Assembly (NCBI GenBank): GCA_036918135.1
Contig: JBALDB010000032.1
Span: 32,001-96,000 of the forward strand
Direction of reading: 5' to 3'
DNA: 64,000 nt
From: Nostoc sp.
Lineage (GTDB): Bacteria; Cyanobacteriota; Cyanobacteriia; Cyanobacteriales; Nostocaceae
Both the position numbers and the translations under genes were made by a program. Under the pieces are notes generated by a model, which ran no database searches, was not told the origin of the DNA, and saw only the letters and a list, made by a program, of their open reading frames with translations. This document shows, piece after piece, positions 42,294 to 53,702 of this stretch (position 1 is its first letter; each line of letters begins with the position of its first letter).

Positions 42294-43127
42294 CTAATCT
42301 AAGAAAGCTTGTTGTTGCAGGCAATAATGCAAAAACACTTCTTGCTCAACTTGATGAACTTCTAAAAGTTGCAATTTCGGAGCTAAATGTGATAAAAATC
42401 CTTTACCATCTACAGGCGTGGGTGCGGTACTGCCACCTAAAATCAGCGGACAGACAGTCAACCATAATTCATCGATTAAATCTAATTCCAGCAAGGAAGC
42501 TACTAATTTACCTCCACCCAAAACCACCAAGCGTGTTATATGTATAGTGGCTAGATACTTCAATGCTGCGAGGATGTCAATTTCTCCCGTTGATGTTTCA
42601 AAAACCATAATCTGCTCAAATTCTGGAGGACACTCCTGTGCAGAGGTTTGAGAAGCAACAGTTTCCTCTAGTTCAAACAGTTGTTCCAACTGCTGCCCTT
42701 TTGGCAAGCCAGCACCGTGTTGGCCTTTATCCAATTGAAGCGAGTGGCGCAATCCCTTTTCGCCTCTGTTCCAAGAAACTGCTCCCGCTGTTGTCGTAAG
42801 TAACCAACGTTTAACTGGTTGCTTAAAAAACTTAATTTCCGGATTCAGGTTTCCAGAACGTGTAATCACTATATGAACTGGCTGAGGGGGCTTAACCCCT
42901 TGTGCTCGATGTTGCAGTAAAGTTGGATCTGTTACGGTAAGTGTGGTTCCGTAGGCGGCGACAGTACCAGCACCGAATAAAACGGCATCTGAGGCAGCGA
43001 TTTGTTTTTCTAAGTGTGCTTTATCAGCCCTTGAACCAAACCGAGCAGGCGATCGCTTAAAATCTGCTATCTTGCCATCTACACTCATTGCTAAAACAAC
43101 TGTAGTATGAGGACGATGTTGCAACAT
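42294..43127 (-). CDS. RibD C-terminal domain (reductase) family protein
   Basis: AMSVDGKI, LGGG.L and IDEL.LTVCP motifs. Confidence 0.85.
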   Translation of the reverse strand: MLQHRPHTTVVLAMSVDGKIADFKRSPARFGSRADKAHLEKQIAASDAVLFGAGTVAAYGTTLTVTDPTLLQHRAQGVKPPQPVHIVITRSGNLNPEIKFFKQPVKRWLLTTTAGAVSWNRGEKGLRHSLQLDKGQHGAGLPKGQQLEQLFELEETVASQTSAQECPPEFEQIMVFETSTGEIDILAALKYLATIHITRLVVLGGGKLVASLLELDLIDELWLTVCPLILGGSTAPTPVDGKGFLSHLAPKLQLLEVHQVEQEVFLHYCLQQQAFLD

Positions 43128-43412
43128 GAGATTAGTTTGATAGTTTTGCTTGTTAGTGTATAAATATTAAAAAATCCATGCTTGCAAGCTGCTGTTTCAC
43201 AATTTCACTACTGTAACTATATGGAACACAAATCGTTTTCATATCTACCGTATATGAGTTTTGGTATACCACGTTTCTTTTTCTACTATAACAATTTGTT
43301 ATTTTTAAACATTGAACATCAAGTTATGATAATTTAACTAAATGTCTCATTTAGCTGGTCTAAGTTGCATATCTTTGCTTTTATGGTTTGCAGATGCAAA
43401 GTGAGACACTCG

Positions 43413-45536
43413 ATGAGTAATTCCCGTCAATCATCCTTTCGTCGAATTTTAGTAACGAGAATATTGCTTCTCTTTGTCCCAGTTTTACTGATAGGTGAAA
43501 TTGTCGCTTTGAATAAAGCACGTTCTAGCCTATTAGCAACTGCTCGTCAAAATTTAACAGAAAGCGCTATCAGTAAAGGGGAGAAAACAACAGATGCGAT
43601 CGCTCTGTTGAAAGCTGATTTGCTGGATGTCACTAAAACAACAGTAATTCCGTCGCGTTTGCCTAGCGAAGAAGATGAAATCCTCAGACAGCTAAAGCAA
43701 GAACTTCCAGCGAGTATTGAATGCATCCAATTAACAAATTTGCTCAACCAAAAAATAATTGCTAGTAATTGTGGCGAACGAGCAATTGGAGAATTAAGGT
43801 TTCCTTTGCCTAGTGACGGAGTTGATGTTAAGGCAATCTTTCCATCAAAGTCAGGAATGACTGGTAAAAGAAACAACCAAAATCTACTGCAATTAGTTTT
43901 AACTGCGCCAGTTTACGATCGCCGAGGAAATTTAGCTTACAGTTTAAGTATTCAGTCGGCACTCTACCAAAAAACGGTAAATCGTCCGGGATCGCTCACA
44001 GGCGCTATGGTAGTGATTGCTGAAGATGGCACAATTTTGGCGCATCCATTGACAAATTGGGTGGGAACTAATATCAAGCAGCATCCAAATGCTTCCCAAC
44101 TCCAAAGTATAATCAAAAATGCAATTGCTGGGCGAAATGATTCAAGAAATATATCTTTTCAAGGACAAGAATTACTAGCTGGCTATACGGCGATCGCAAA
44201 TCCACTCAGCCAACAAAAGCAAGAAAAATGGATTGTTTTAGCTGTTACTACTGTTGATAATGCGCTTTTTGGTTTAGAAGAAATTAAACTTATCCTCATC
44301 GTTTTAACAGTTGGTTTAATTGGTGCGAGTTTAGTAGCATCCTTATATTTAGCTCCTTACTTGGCAAGTCCTGTAGAAGAATTGCGAGACTACGCTCTAA
44401 ATATTCACTCTCACCACGCTGCACAACCAGTTCCTCGCAACTTCAAAATCCGAGAATTCAATCAACTAGCTCAAGCACTAGACCAAATGGTAGAACGACT
44501 CAAAGCTGGGTCAGAAGAACTAGAAATGGCTTGGAAAGAAGCAAAAAGTGCTAACCAAGTTAAAAGTCAGTTTTTGGCTACGACTTCCCATGAATTGAGA
44601 AACCCATTGAATATTATTATTAACTGTATTCGCTTAGTTGAAGAAGGCTTATGTGATGACCGAGAAGAAGAAGTAGAATTTCTCAAGCGTGCGGATGAAA
44701 CAGCAATTCACTTGCTAGGAATTATTAATGATTTACTCGATATTTCTAAAATTGAAGCAGGTAAACTCTCAGTAGTCACAACACCAATTGACCTCAGACA
44801 ATTACTGCTAGAGGTAATTAATTTACAATCAGTTAATGTTCAACAAAAAGGCTTGCAATTGAAATGTGAGTTAGATACTAAACCGATACCAATTAAGGCA
44901 GACGCTGCAAAACTCAAGCAGGTGCTAATTAATATTATTGGTAACGCTACTAAGTTCACTGACGCTGGAAGCATTACCATTGCTACAGAAATTGAATATA
45001 GTAATGGTGCTAAGGTAATAGTCAGTATCAAAGATACAGGTATAGGTATCGATCCGGCTCAACAGCACAAACTATTTCGTCCCTTTGTGATGGTGAACGG
45101 TGCAACCACACGCCAATATGAAGGTACTGGACTAGGATTAGCAATTTCACGGAACTTAATCGAACTCATGGGAGGTAGCATCTCTCTTGAGAGTGTAGGA
45201 CTTTATCAAGGTACGACAGTAAAGATTACTTTACCTTTGATTGATATCTCCCTGTTATCAATTCCCAAGAAAGAAGAAAATGTAGGGGATCTTGGATTCT
45301 CATCTGCAAATGAGGGGGTAAAGATAAGCCCTTACCCTAGCCTACAGGAGTCTGGCAGAAGTCTAGTTGTCGGGATCGACAAATCAGAGAAAGCAGGGGT
45401 AGACAAAAAGAACTCCTCGAACCTTCAACAACTACCTGGGAAGAAAATTTATCAAATTAGTCTTTCGCCTCATCAAACTATCCTGCTAAGTCTTCCAAAA
45501 GGAGGGGTTTGTGCAAATGGGACATCTCAAAGATAA
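43413..45536 (+). CDS. Membrane sensor histidine kinase (Cache/HAMP/HisKA/HATPase)
   Basis: SHELRNPL, N..GNA.KFT, DTG.GI and GTGLGL motifs; two TM segments; start inferred. Confidence 0.9.
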   Translation: MSNSRQSSFRRILVTRILLLFVPVLLIGEIVALNKARSSLLATARQNLTESAISKGEKTTDAIALLKADLLDVTKTTVIPSRLPSEEDEILRQLKQELPASIECIQLTNLLNQKIIASNCGERAIGELRFPLPSDGVDVKAIFPSKSGMTGKRNNQNLLQLVLTAPVYDRRGNLAYSLSIQSALYQKTVNRPGSLTGAMVVIAEDGTILAHPLTNWVGTNIKQHPNASQLQSIIKNAIAGRNDSRNISFQGQELLAGYTAIANPLSQQKQEKWIVLAVTTVDNALFGLEEIKLILIVLTVGLIGASLVASLYLAPYLASPVEELRDYALNIHSHHAAQPVPRNFKIREFNQLAQALDQMVERLKAGSEELEMAWKEAKSANQVKSQFLATTSHELRNPLNIIINCIRLVEEGLCDDREEEVEFLKRADETAIHLLGIINDLLDISKIEAGKLSVVTTPIDLRQLLLEVINLQSVNVQQKGLQLKCELDTKPIPIKADAAKLKQVLINIIGNATKFTDAGSITIATEIEYSNGAKVIVSIKDTGIGIDPAQQHKLFRPFVMVNGATTRQYEGTGLGLAISRNLIELMGGSISLESVGLYQGTTVKITLPLIDISLLSIPKKEENVGDLGFSSANEGVKISPYPSLQESGRSLVVGIDKSEKAGVDKKNSSNLQQLPGKKIYQISLSPHQTILLSLPKGGVCANGTSQR

Positions 45537-45692
45537 AAGCAAAAAGATGACTGAGGACTGATGACTGTAAATAGGGGGATATTTTTTTATTTGTCAGTTT
45601 TTAAAAGAAAGAAGAAAAACAATGTTTCTCAGCCAGTCAAATTTCTTAATGTGTGGGACTCTTTTTTAGTTTTTAATTGTTAATTTTGACTG

Positions 45693-46796
45693 TTAACCAT
45701 CATTGAGAAATACAGGTTTGCCGCCTTCCTTTAAAGATAGTGAAAGAGCAGCAAGAATTTCTACTAACTGTGCGCCAACCCAGCCAGACGAAACCTCTGA
45801 GGAAGTATTGTTAAGAATACAGACAACAAAGCGATCGCAAACTCGCCCCAATGGTTCCCCTGGTTCTAATTCCAACATCACTTGGCTTTGATTTACAGGA
45901 ATAAATAGATTGCCCTGCTGTTCAAACTCCCCATGTAATAGGGTTAGAGGTGACAATTGCGACATTTCATCAAAAATTAAGCTGCCAAGGCTGCCTACAA
46001 TCCCTAACCGTCGTTGCTTGTCGGGATTTAGCCAGCACAAGTGAATATAAGCTTGAAAGTTATCTGGGTATGTCAGTGTTAGCCATACTAGGTCAGCCAA
46101 ACTTTGAGACACAGGGGCAGAGGGGCGGGGGGACAGAGGAGAATTTGTATTTTTGTTCCCCTCTGCTCCCCTGCTCCTCTGCTCCCCACCTGCCTGTAGC
46201 CACACCGTACCCGTTGCCTGTACTTTCACAGGTAATTGACCCAGCCATGTGTTAAAGATAGCAATATCGTGAATCGCTAAGTCCCATAGCGCATCAACAT
46301 CTTGCCGCACAGGCCCTAAATGGGTGCGGGTGGCGTAGCCATAGCGGAGATCCCCTAATTTACCTGCTTGAACTACAGTTTGCCCTCGCTCGACTGCTGG
46401 GTGAAATAAATAAGTGTGGTCAACCATGAGTATTAAATGATGCTGGTCTGCTAACTGGCAAAGTTCCCGGCATTCTGCTGGGTCGAGAGTTAGCGGTTTT
46501 TCTGCCAAAACATGGTATCCCTGTTGTAGAGCGTCTTTAATTAAAGCATAGTGCGTGGTAGCAGGAGTTGCGATCGCCACTGCTGTTAGTCCAGGCACTT
46601 GTTTTAAATCCTGCCACTGAGTTGTTATGACTACATCTGTTTCTAAATTGAACTGCTGTTTTACCGCCGCTAACCGTTCTGGATGGGGGTCTACTACAGC
46701 AACAACACTTACCTGAGGATGTGCTAAAAAATTTCGTAGTAAATGCACTCCCCAACGTCCAACTCCGATGACAGCGATTTTAATTTGGTTTGTCAT
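45693..46796 (-). CDS. Gfo/Idh/MocA family oxidoreductase
   Basis: IAVIGVGRWG, EKP and DLAIHD motifs. Confidence 0.88.
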   Translation of the reverse strand: MTNQIKIAVIGVGRWGVHLLRNFLAHPQVSVVAVVDPHPERLAAVKQQFNLETDVVITTQWQDLKQVPGLTAVAIATPATTHYALIKDALQQGYHVLAEKPLTLDPAECRELCQLADQHHLILMVDHTYLFHPAVERGQTVVQAGKLGDLRYGYATRTHLGPVRQDVDALWDLAIHDIAIFNTWLGQLPVKVQATGTVWLQAGGEQRSRGAEGNKNTNSPLSPRPSAPVSQSLADLVWLTLTYPDNFQAYIHLCWLNPDKQRRLGIVGSLGSLIFDEMSQLSPLTLLHGEFEQQGNLFIPVNQSQVMLELEPGEPLGRVCDRFVVCILNNTSSEVSSGWVGAQLVEILAALSLSLKEGGKPVFLNDG

Positions 46797-46973
46797 TTGT
46801 TATTTGTTATTTGTCATTTGTCTTTTGTCACTTGTACTGAGCGACCTAACAGTGCGTCTCGTAGAGAAGTATTCGTCATTTGTCATTGGTAATTAGTTTT
46901 ATACAAATGACAAAGGGCAAATGATAATCAACTGAATTATTAGTTTTATTACAGTCTTTTGGGTTCAGGTTTT

Positions 46974-47684
46974 TTACTGATTATTAATTGCTAAAAAAGC
47001 TACTTTGGCTGCGGCTTGTTCGGCAGTTTTAATCGAGCGTCCCTTACCTTGTCCGAGCATGTTTCCGTGTAGCCAGACTTCAGCAACGAAACGTTCTTGA
47101 TTGCGGTATGGTTGATTAACTTCTACAACTCGATACTCTGGTAAAACCTTAAATTGTGCCTGTGTCCATTCTTGGAGAGCAGCTTTGTAATTAAGTCTAG
47201 CTGGATCGAGGCGAATTTCTGTCGCTAGTTTTTGAAAGTGAGGATCTAGCCAAGGGCGAATTAATTCTAAATTTTGAGTGCTTAAATAAAGCGCACCCAG
47301 AACTGCTTCAAAAGCATCTGCTAGTCGTGACTCTTGACCAACTTTATCAGCCGTAGCACTGCCAGCAACTAGTAAATATAGCTCCAAACCATATTCTCTA
47401 GCTAATTGCGCCAGAATGCGATCGCTCACTAACACTGAACGAATTGCCGCAAAATCCCCTACTGGACAATCTGGGTAATTTTCCCACAACACTACAGCTG
47501 ACACTAACCGTACCACTGCATCGCCAACAAACTCTAGCTGTTCATAATTTGCCGACTCAGAAACAGTAGCATGAGTCAGCGCTAAGTCCAATAGTTGCCA
47601 TTTGATTGGTGCTTCTGGTGGCAAACCAAATTTTTTGACTAAGTTTTCGAGTTGTCGTTGACGGCGTGGATAAACTAGGGTCAT
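46974..47684 (-). CDS. rnc: Ribonuclease III
   Basis: EQLEFVGDAV, ADAFEA..GALY and C-terminal dsRBD (AEQAAA). Confidence 0.93.
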   Translation of the reverse strand: MTLVYPRRQRQLENLVKKFGLPPEAPIKWQLLDLALTHATVSESANYEQLEFVGDAVVRLVSAVVLWENYPDCPVGDFAAIRSVLVSDRILAQLAREYGLELYLLVAGSATADKVGQESRLADAFEAVLGALYLSTQNLELIRPWLDPHFQKLATEIRLDPARLNYKAALQEWTQAQFKVLPEYRVVEVNQPYRNQERFVAEVWLHGNMLGQGKGRSIKTAEQAAAKVAFLAINNQ

Positions 47685-48535
47685 CAGTTCTTAGTCAAGA
47701 GTTATTAGTGATTAGTTATTGCTCATTCATGAATAAAGAAAGAGTCCGTAGTAAGCCAGCTAGCCTACATATTAACGATATTAAACACGTTTAAGCTTAG
47801 TTTTTTTCAAAACATACAAATCTTGTACAAATTAATCGTAGTGTTAGGCTATTCACTATTAATACAAGTAGTATATGTATTATGATTCTGGCACAAGTAG
47901 GCTATTAATTAGTTTACTCAAAATTACTCTAGCTATATTTGTCTGTCTTGATGTTGCTTTAAAGGGTCTGGTGACTGATACAGACCTTTGCTTCCCCAAC
48001 TTCTCCTACTCACTGTTCACAGTCATCAGTCAGCAATTTCAAACTGGATAATTTATTTTTTGGAGATCCCTTGTATTATTGGCTATTTAGCAACTGTTAT
48101 ACTTTGCAAACACGGCAACATAGTAAAGCTTCCTATGCTCTATCAGTTTACTAATTTTATTAAAATAAGTTACAAAAACTACTTCTTTGATAAGTCAATT
48201 ACAAGCTGGAGTTAATACAACTTAAGCTCAGTTTATACATAGTAATATTTAGTTACAAACGCTGGGTTTTTAATAAATAAAACTAATAAATTTTAAAAAA
48301 AAATAAATTATTAATTATAAAATATTAAATGATAAGTAAACTAGAATTTTTAGCTAAATACCTTATTGCTAAATTATCAATTAACAAGTTTTAGTAACTC
48401 CGGCATGTTCTGGAGTTACTCCAGTATCTTCTAAAGTAACTAAGAACAAGTTTTAGTTACTCTGGTCTTTGGAGTTTCAAGCCATAACGCAGCGTAACTG
48501 TTTTCTATTAATTTCAATAGATCGATACTAAAAAT

Positions 48536-48573
48536 AATGGAGTACAAACCTAAAAAGTTTGATACTCCATTTT
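48536..48573 (-). terminator. Hairpin immediately 3' of rnpB
   Basis: Arms aatggagta..aaac / gttt..tactccatt. Confidence 0.55.
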
Positions 48574-48576
48574 GAA

Positions 48577-49005
48577 GGAAAGAGCAGGACATAAGCCGGG
48601 TTCTGTTCTCTTACGAGGGCAGTTATCTATCTGGGACGTCTGTTACCAGACGCCTCTAGCGGCTCTTATTGAGCGGAACTGGTAAAAAACCAACCGTAGT
48701 TCCTCTGGCCTTGCTCCCAACCGGGGTTTACCGAGCCAGCACCTCTCGATGCTGCTGGTGCGCTCTTACCGCACCTTTGCACCCTTACCAAATTTGTCCT
48801 TTGTCTTTTGTCGTTTGTCCTTTGTTATTTCACTAATGACTAATGACTAATGACTGATGACTAATTGGCGGTATCTTTCTGTGGCACTATCCTCACGATC
48901 GCTCGCACTGGACGTTATCCAGCAAGTTTGGTCTTTCGGGAGTCCGGACTTTCCTCAAACCAGTAACTATGACCAGTCTGCAACCGCCTGCGCCTACTCT
49001 CTCCC
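48577..49005 (-). ncRNA. rnpB: RNase P RNA (type A)
   Basis: Minus strand has GAGGAAAGTCCGG, AGTGCCACAGAAA, GGTAAGGGTGCAAAGGTGCGGTAAGAGCGCACC and ACAGAACCCGGCTTA. Confidence 0.97.
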
Positions 49006-49137
49006 TAAATCAAGTGTAATCTTGGATGGCATAGTGTGTTGGCTTGAGGTGAGGTTCGTTGACGGATGACGGTTAACAGTTGACCGTCAGCAGCCAATAA
49101 GAAAAAATATGCTGCATTAGATGCAAGGGCAGCTTAT

Positions 49138-49288
49138 TAAGTAGGTCGGCGTGAATATTTATCGTTGGAATAAGGCAGGAGGCAAGAGGCAGTCTTTCGA
49201 CTACGCTTAACAACCAGGCGTGAGGGAAGAGGATTTAAGCCTATTTAATTTTTATTAACATAGTTTTTTTTCCACACCGTTTTACTTA
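49138..49288. mobile_element. MITE-like element
   Basis: Imperfect terminal inverted repeats taagtaggtcggcgtg / cacaccgttttactta; ends resemble the element at 17656. Confidence 0.5.
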
Positions 49289-49981
49289 TTTCTTTTTATT
49301 CCAAGGTAGGGCGTAAGTCCAAGGTAATTTTCTGACTGTGAAAGGACAATTAATAATGCTAATGGGAGGGAAGTTAATCCCAGGAGCTAAACCTATACGC
49401 ACTTCAGATATTCTTAATACTAATTGTAGAGAGAAATCTAACTCCTTTCTTCTATTTATAAAGTCGTTGTACAATTTTTTTTGTCCTTTTTGCAGCCCAT
49501 TGATATCAATCAGTGGTTTTTTCGCTGAGTAGGTTCCAGTTGCTTGGTCACGTTGAAAAACATCTTCTGCTGTCACTGTCTCAGAAAGTGTTTTCTTGGG
49601 AACAATCAAGCTAGGACTTTGGGGTACAGCTAAGTCGCGGGTTAAGTCTGGTGATTTGCGGATTACTCGGCGCGATTGTTTGCTATGTTCGACTACCAAG
49701 GAGCTATTATCCCAGTCAACGTAGACGGCAATATTATCAGATTTATTTTCTATACTAATGGATAACTCTTTCAAATCATCAATTGGATAAGAAGATTTGA
49801 ATCTAAAGGAAATTCCAATTTTGTCATCGAGATTTTGTTCTTTTAACTGCTCCTCGACAAATCCTTTTTTAAACTCAAATTTAATTTGGTCGTCGATGGA
49901 TTCAATCATCCGGTTAAAAACATAGGATACACCAATGATATAAATCGTCAAAACTACTAAATTCTGGTCGCTACTCCTCAT
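49286..49981 (-). CDS. Hypothetical protein
   Basis: 231 aa ORF with N-terminal hydrophobic segment. Confidence 0.65.
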   Translation of the reverse strand: MRSSDQNLVVLTIYIIGVSYVFNRMIESIDDQIKFEFKKGFVEEQLKEQNLDDKIGISFRFKSSYPIDDLKELSISIENKSDNIAVYVDWDNSSLVVEHSKQSRRVIRKSPDLTRDLAVPQSPSLIVPKKTLSETVTAEDVFQRDQATGTYSAKKPLIDINGLQKGQKKLYNDFINRRKELDFSLQLVLRISEVRIGLAPGINFPPISIINCPFTVRKLPWTYALPWNKKK

Positions 49982-50046
49982 AATTTTAAAATATAACTCC
50001 GGGTGTTAATAAAAAATTATTCAACTCATTGTTTACGTGCAATTCT

Positions 50047-51189
50047 TTAGTCACGTTTAATTGTGAAAGAATTTTGTAGCCAGCCTCGTTGCCAGAAAAA
50101 CAATAGTAAACCAAGGGCGATCGCTATCATCAGTGCCCAACACATTGGATAGCCCCAATACCAATTTAATTCAGGCATATTATATGGTGATTTCTCGGTA
50201 TTGAAATTCATACCATATATTCCGGCAACAAAAGTCAATGGAATAAAAATTGATGAAACCACTGTTAAGACTTTCATGATTTCATTCATTTTGTTGCTCA
50301 CTGCTGAAAGATAGACATCCATTAATCCAGATGCTAGTTCTCGGTAAGTTTCTACCATATCCATTACTTGCACGGTATGGTCATAACAATCTCGCAGGTA
50401 GATTCGCACGTCTTCACTAATCAAATCACTGCCATCTCGAATCAAGGAATTAATTGCATCTCGCTGCGGCCAGACAGCTCGGCGTAGTTGTAGTAATTCT
50501 CGCCTAATTTGATAAATATTTTGTAATGTTTGCGGAGTTGGTTTAACTATTACTTCCTCTTCTAATTCTTCGATTCGCTCACCATAAAGTTCTAGTACTG
50601 GAAAATAGCCATCAATAATCGCATCTAACAGAGCATAAGCTAAATAATCTGCTTTTTGAGAGCGGATGGTGCCTTTACCTTTTTCAATTCGCGATCGCAC
50701 TGGTTCAAAGCAATCATGCTCTGGTTCTTCTTGGACTGTAAGCAAATAATTTTTACTCAATATTAAACTCACTTGTTCGCTGTAAAAGCCACATGTTTTT
50801 TCCTTTGGTACTACCATGCGAGCAATGAAAAGTAATTGGTCTTCATAATCCTCTGTTTTCGGACGCTCCGGTACATTGACCACATCTTCTAAAACCAGAG
50901 GATGCAAATCAAAAACTCGACCCAATCTTTGTAATATGTCTTGAGACCCTAAACCTTGTACGTCTACCCAAGAAACAGTTTCCATCTCTAGATATGGACT
51001 ACATTCTTCTGGAGTTGCTACTTGTTCGTGGATAAAATTGGTTTGGTTATAGTCAATCAAGAAAATTATCGGTGCTGGAGCATTTGCATCAATAAAAATC
51101 GTTCCTGGCAGAGTTCCTGGTTGGTGATAGAACTCTTCTTCAAATGGCTTATTTACTACTTTCGGAGCGCGGCGCAGTTTTCGTGCCAT
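50047..51189 (-). CDS. corA: Magnesium/cobalt transporter CorA
   Basis: LHPLVLED and GMNF signature, MPEL, two C-terminal TMs. Confidence 0.93.
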   Translation of the reverse strand: MARKLRRAPKVVNKPFEEEFYHQPGTLPGTIFIDANAPAPIIFLIDYNQTNFIHEQVATPEECSPYLEMETVSWVDVQGLGSQDILQRLGRVFDLHPLVLEDVVNVPERPKTEDYEDQLLFIARMVVPKEKTCGFYSEQVSLILSKNYLLTVQEEPEHDCFEPVRSRIEKGKGTIRSQKADYLAYALLDAIIDGYFPVLELYGERIEELEEEVIVKPTPQTLQNIYQIRRELLQLRRAVWPQRDAINSLIRDGSDLISEDVRIYLRDCYDHTVQVMDMVETYRELASGLMDVYLSAVSNKMNEIMKVLTVVSSIFIPLTFVAGIYGMNFNTEKSPYNMPELNWYWGYPMCWALMIAIALGLLLFFWQRGWLQNSFTIKRD

Positions 51190-51556
51190 GAAATATTACC
51201 TAATAGTAATTTGTCATTTATTACAAAGTTCTGATGTCTGACGAGAAGCCGCCCTTCGGGTGTCTACCCAAGAAACCTCCGATTAGTGACTTTGCCCTTT
51301 GTCAGTTGTCATTGATAAATAACAAAAGACAAATAGTAAATGACATACATATAATTTTACAAAAATTAATCAAAAGGCAGTAATTTTTAAATTACATAAT
51401 TGATTTACGTGGTTAATTTGGTCATCAGCATTTTATTAGTCATTAGTTATACTTACGACTAACCACTGAAAACGTTGATAATTAAATTTATTTATGTTCA
51501 GGAAGTTACCAGCAATACAGATAACATATTGCTTCTAAATCAGCAATGGTAGATAT

Positions 51557-51588
51557 AAAAAAACAGTTTGTCTTGAGAAGACAAACTG
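51557..51588 (-). terminator. Intrinsic terminator downstream of groEL
   Basis: 11-bp stem cagtttgtctt/aagacaaactg followed by a T-run on the minus strand. Confidence 0.65.
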
Positions 51589-51669
51589 CTTAAAAAATAT
51601 TTATCTAAAAATTCAGGAGCAAAGCCAGAGACCTTTGCCTGGATTTCTCACTTGTGAGAAATCCAAGGA

Positions 51670-51818
51670 GTGTGTCCGGTGTGGGAGGAAAAGGAAGTGT
51701 GGCAGGAGAGGGAAGAAAACCAGGTGTGTGAGGATGGAGAAGATGGGGAAGAAATCTTTCCCCCCACACTTCCCACACTTCCCACACTCCCCACACTCCC
51801 CACACCTCCCACACTCCC
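51670..51818. repeat. Nonamer-based inverted repeat element (second copy)
   Basis: (T/C)CCCACAC tandem units and the core shared with 13446-13552. Confidence 0.8.
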
Positions 51819-51875
51819 AGAAATCCGGGTTTGCAGCTTTGGTTGCAAATTGTTACATCTGTGGGCGAACAGAGA

Positions 51876-53549
<1,674 letters not shown>

Positions 53550-53578
53550 TTATTTCTCAAGCGCTTCCATTAGACAAT

Positions 53579-53605
53579 TTAGCACTCACAGGACAAGAGT
53601 GCTAA
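53579..53605. promoter_or_regulatory. CIRCE element (HrcA operator)
   Basis: Perfect TTAGCACTC-N9-GAGTGCTAA upstream of groEL. Confidence 0.97.
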
Positions 53606-53702
53606 TCTCTCCAGCAAGTCAAGTTACAAATGGAAATAAAAAATTGATTAATATACAGGTGATGCTCATACTAAATACTGGCAGTAATGCTTGAATTGGG
53701 AG

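Noticed and set aside
46974..49005. Functional linkage of rnc/rnpB with the Ro60-RNA array
   Set aside because: More than 12 kb apart with unrelated genes between; proximity is probably coincidental.
48857..49069. 70-aa ORF
   Set aside because: Antisense to rnpB.
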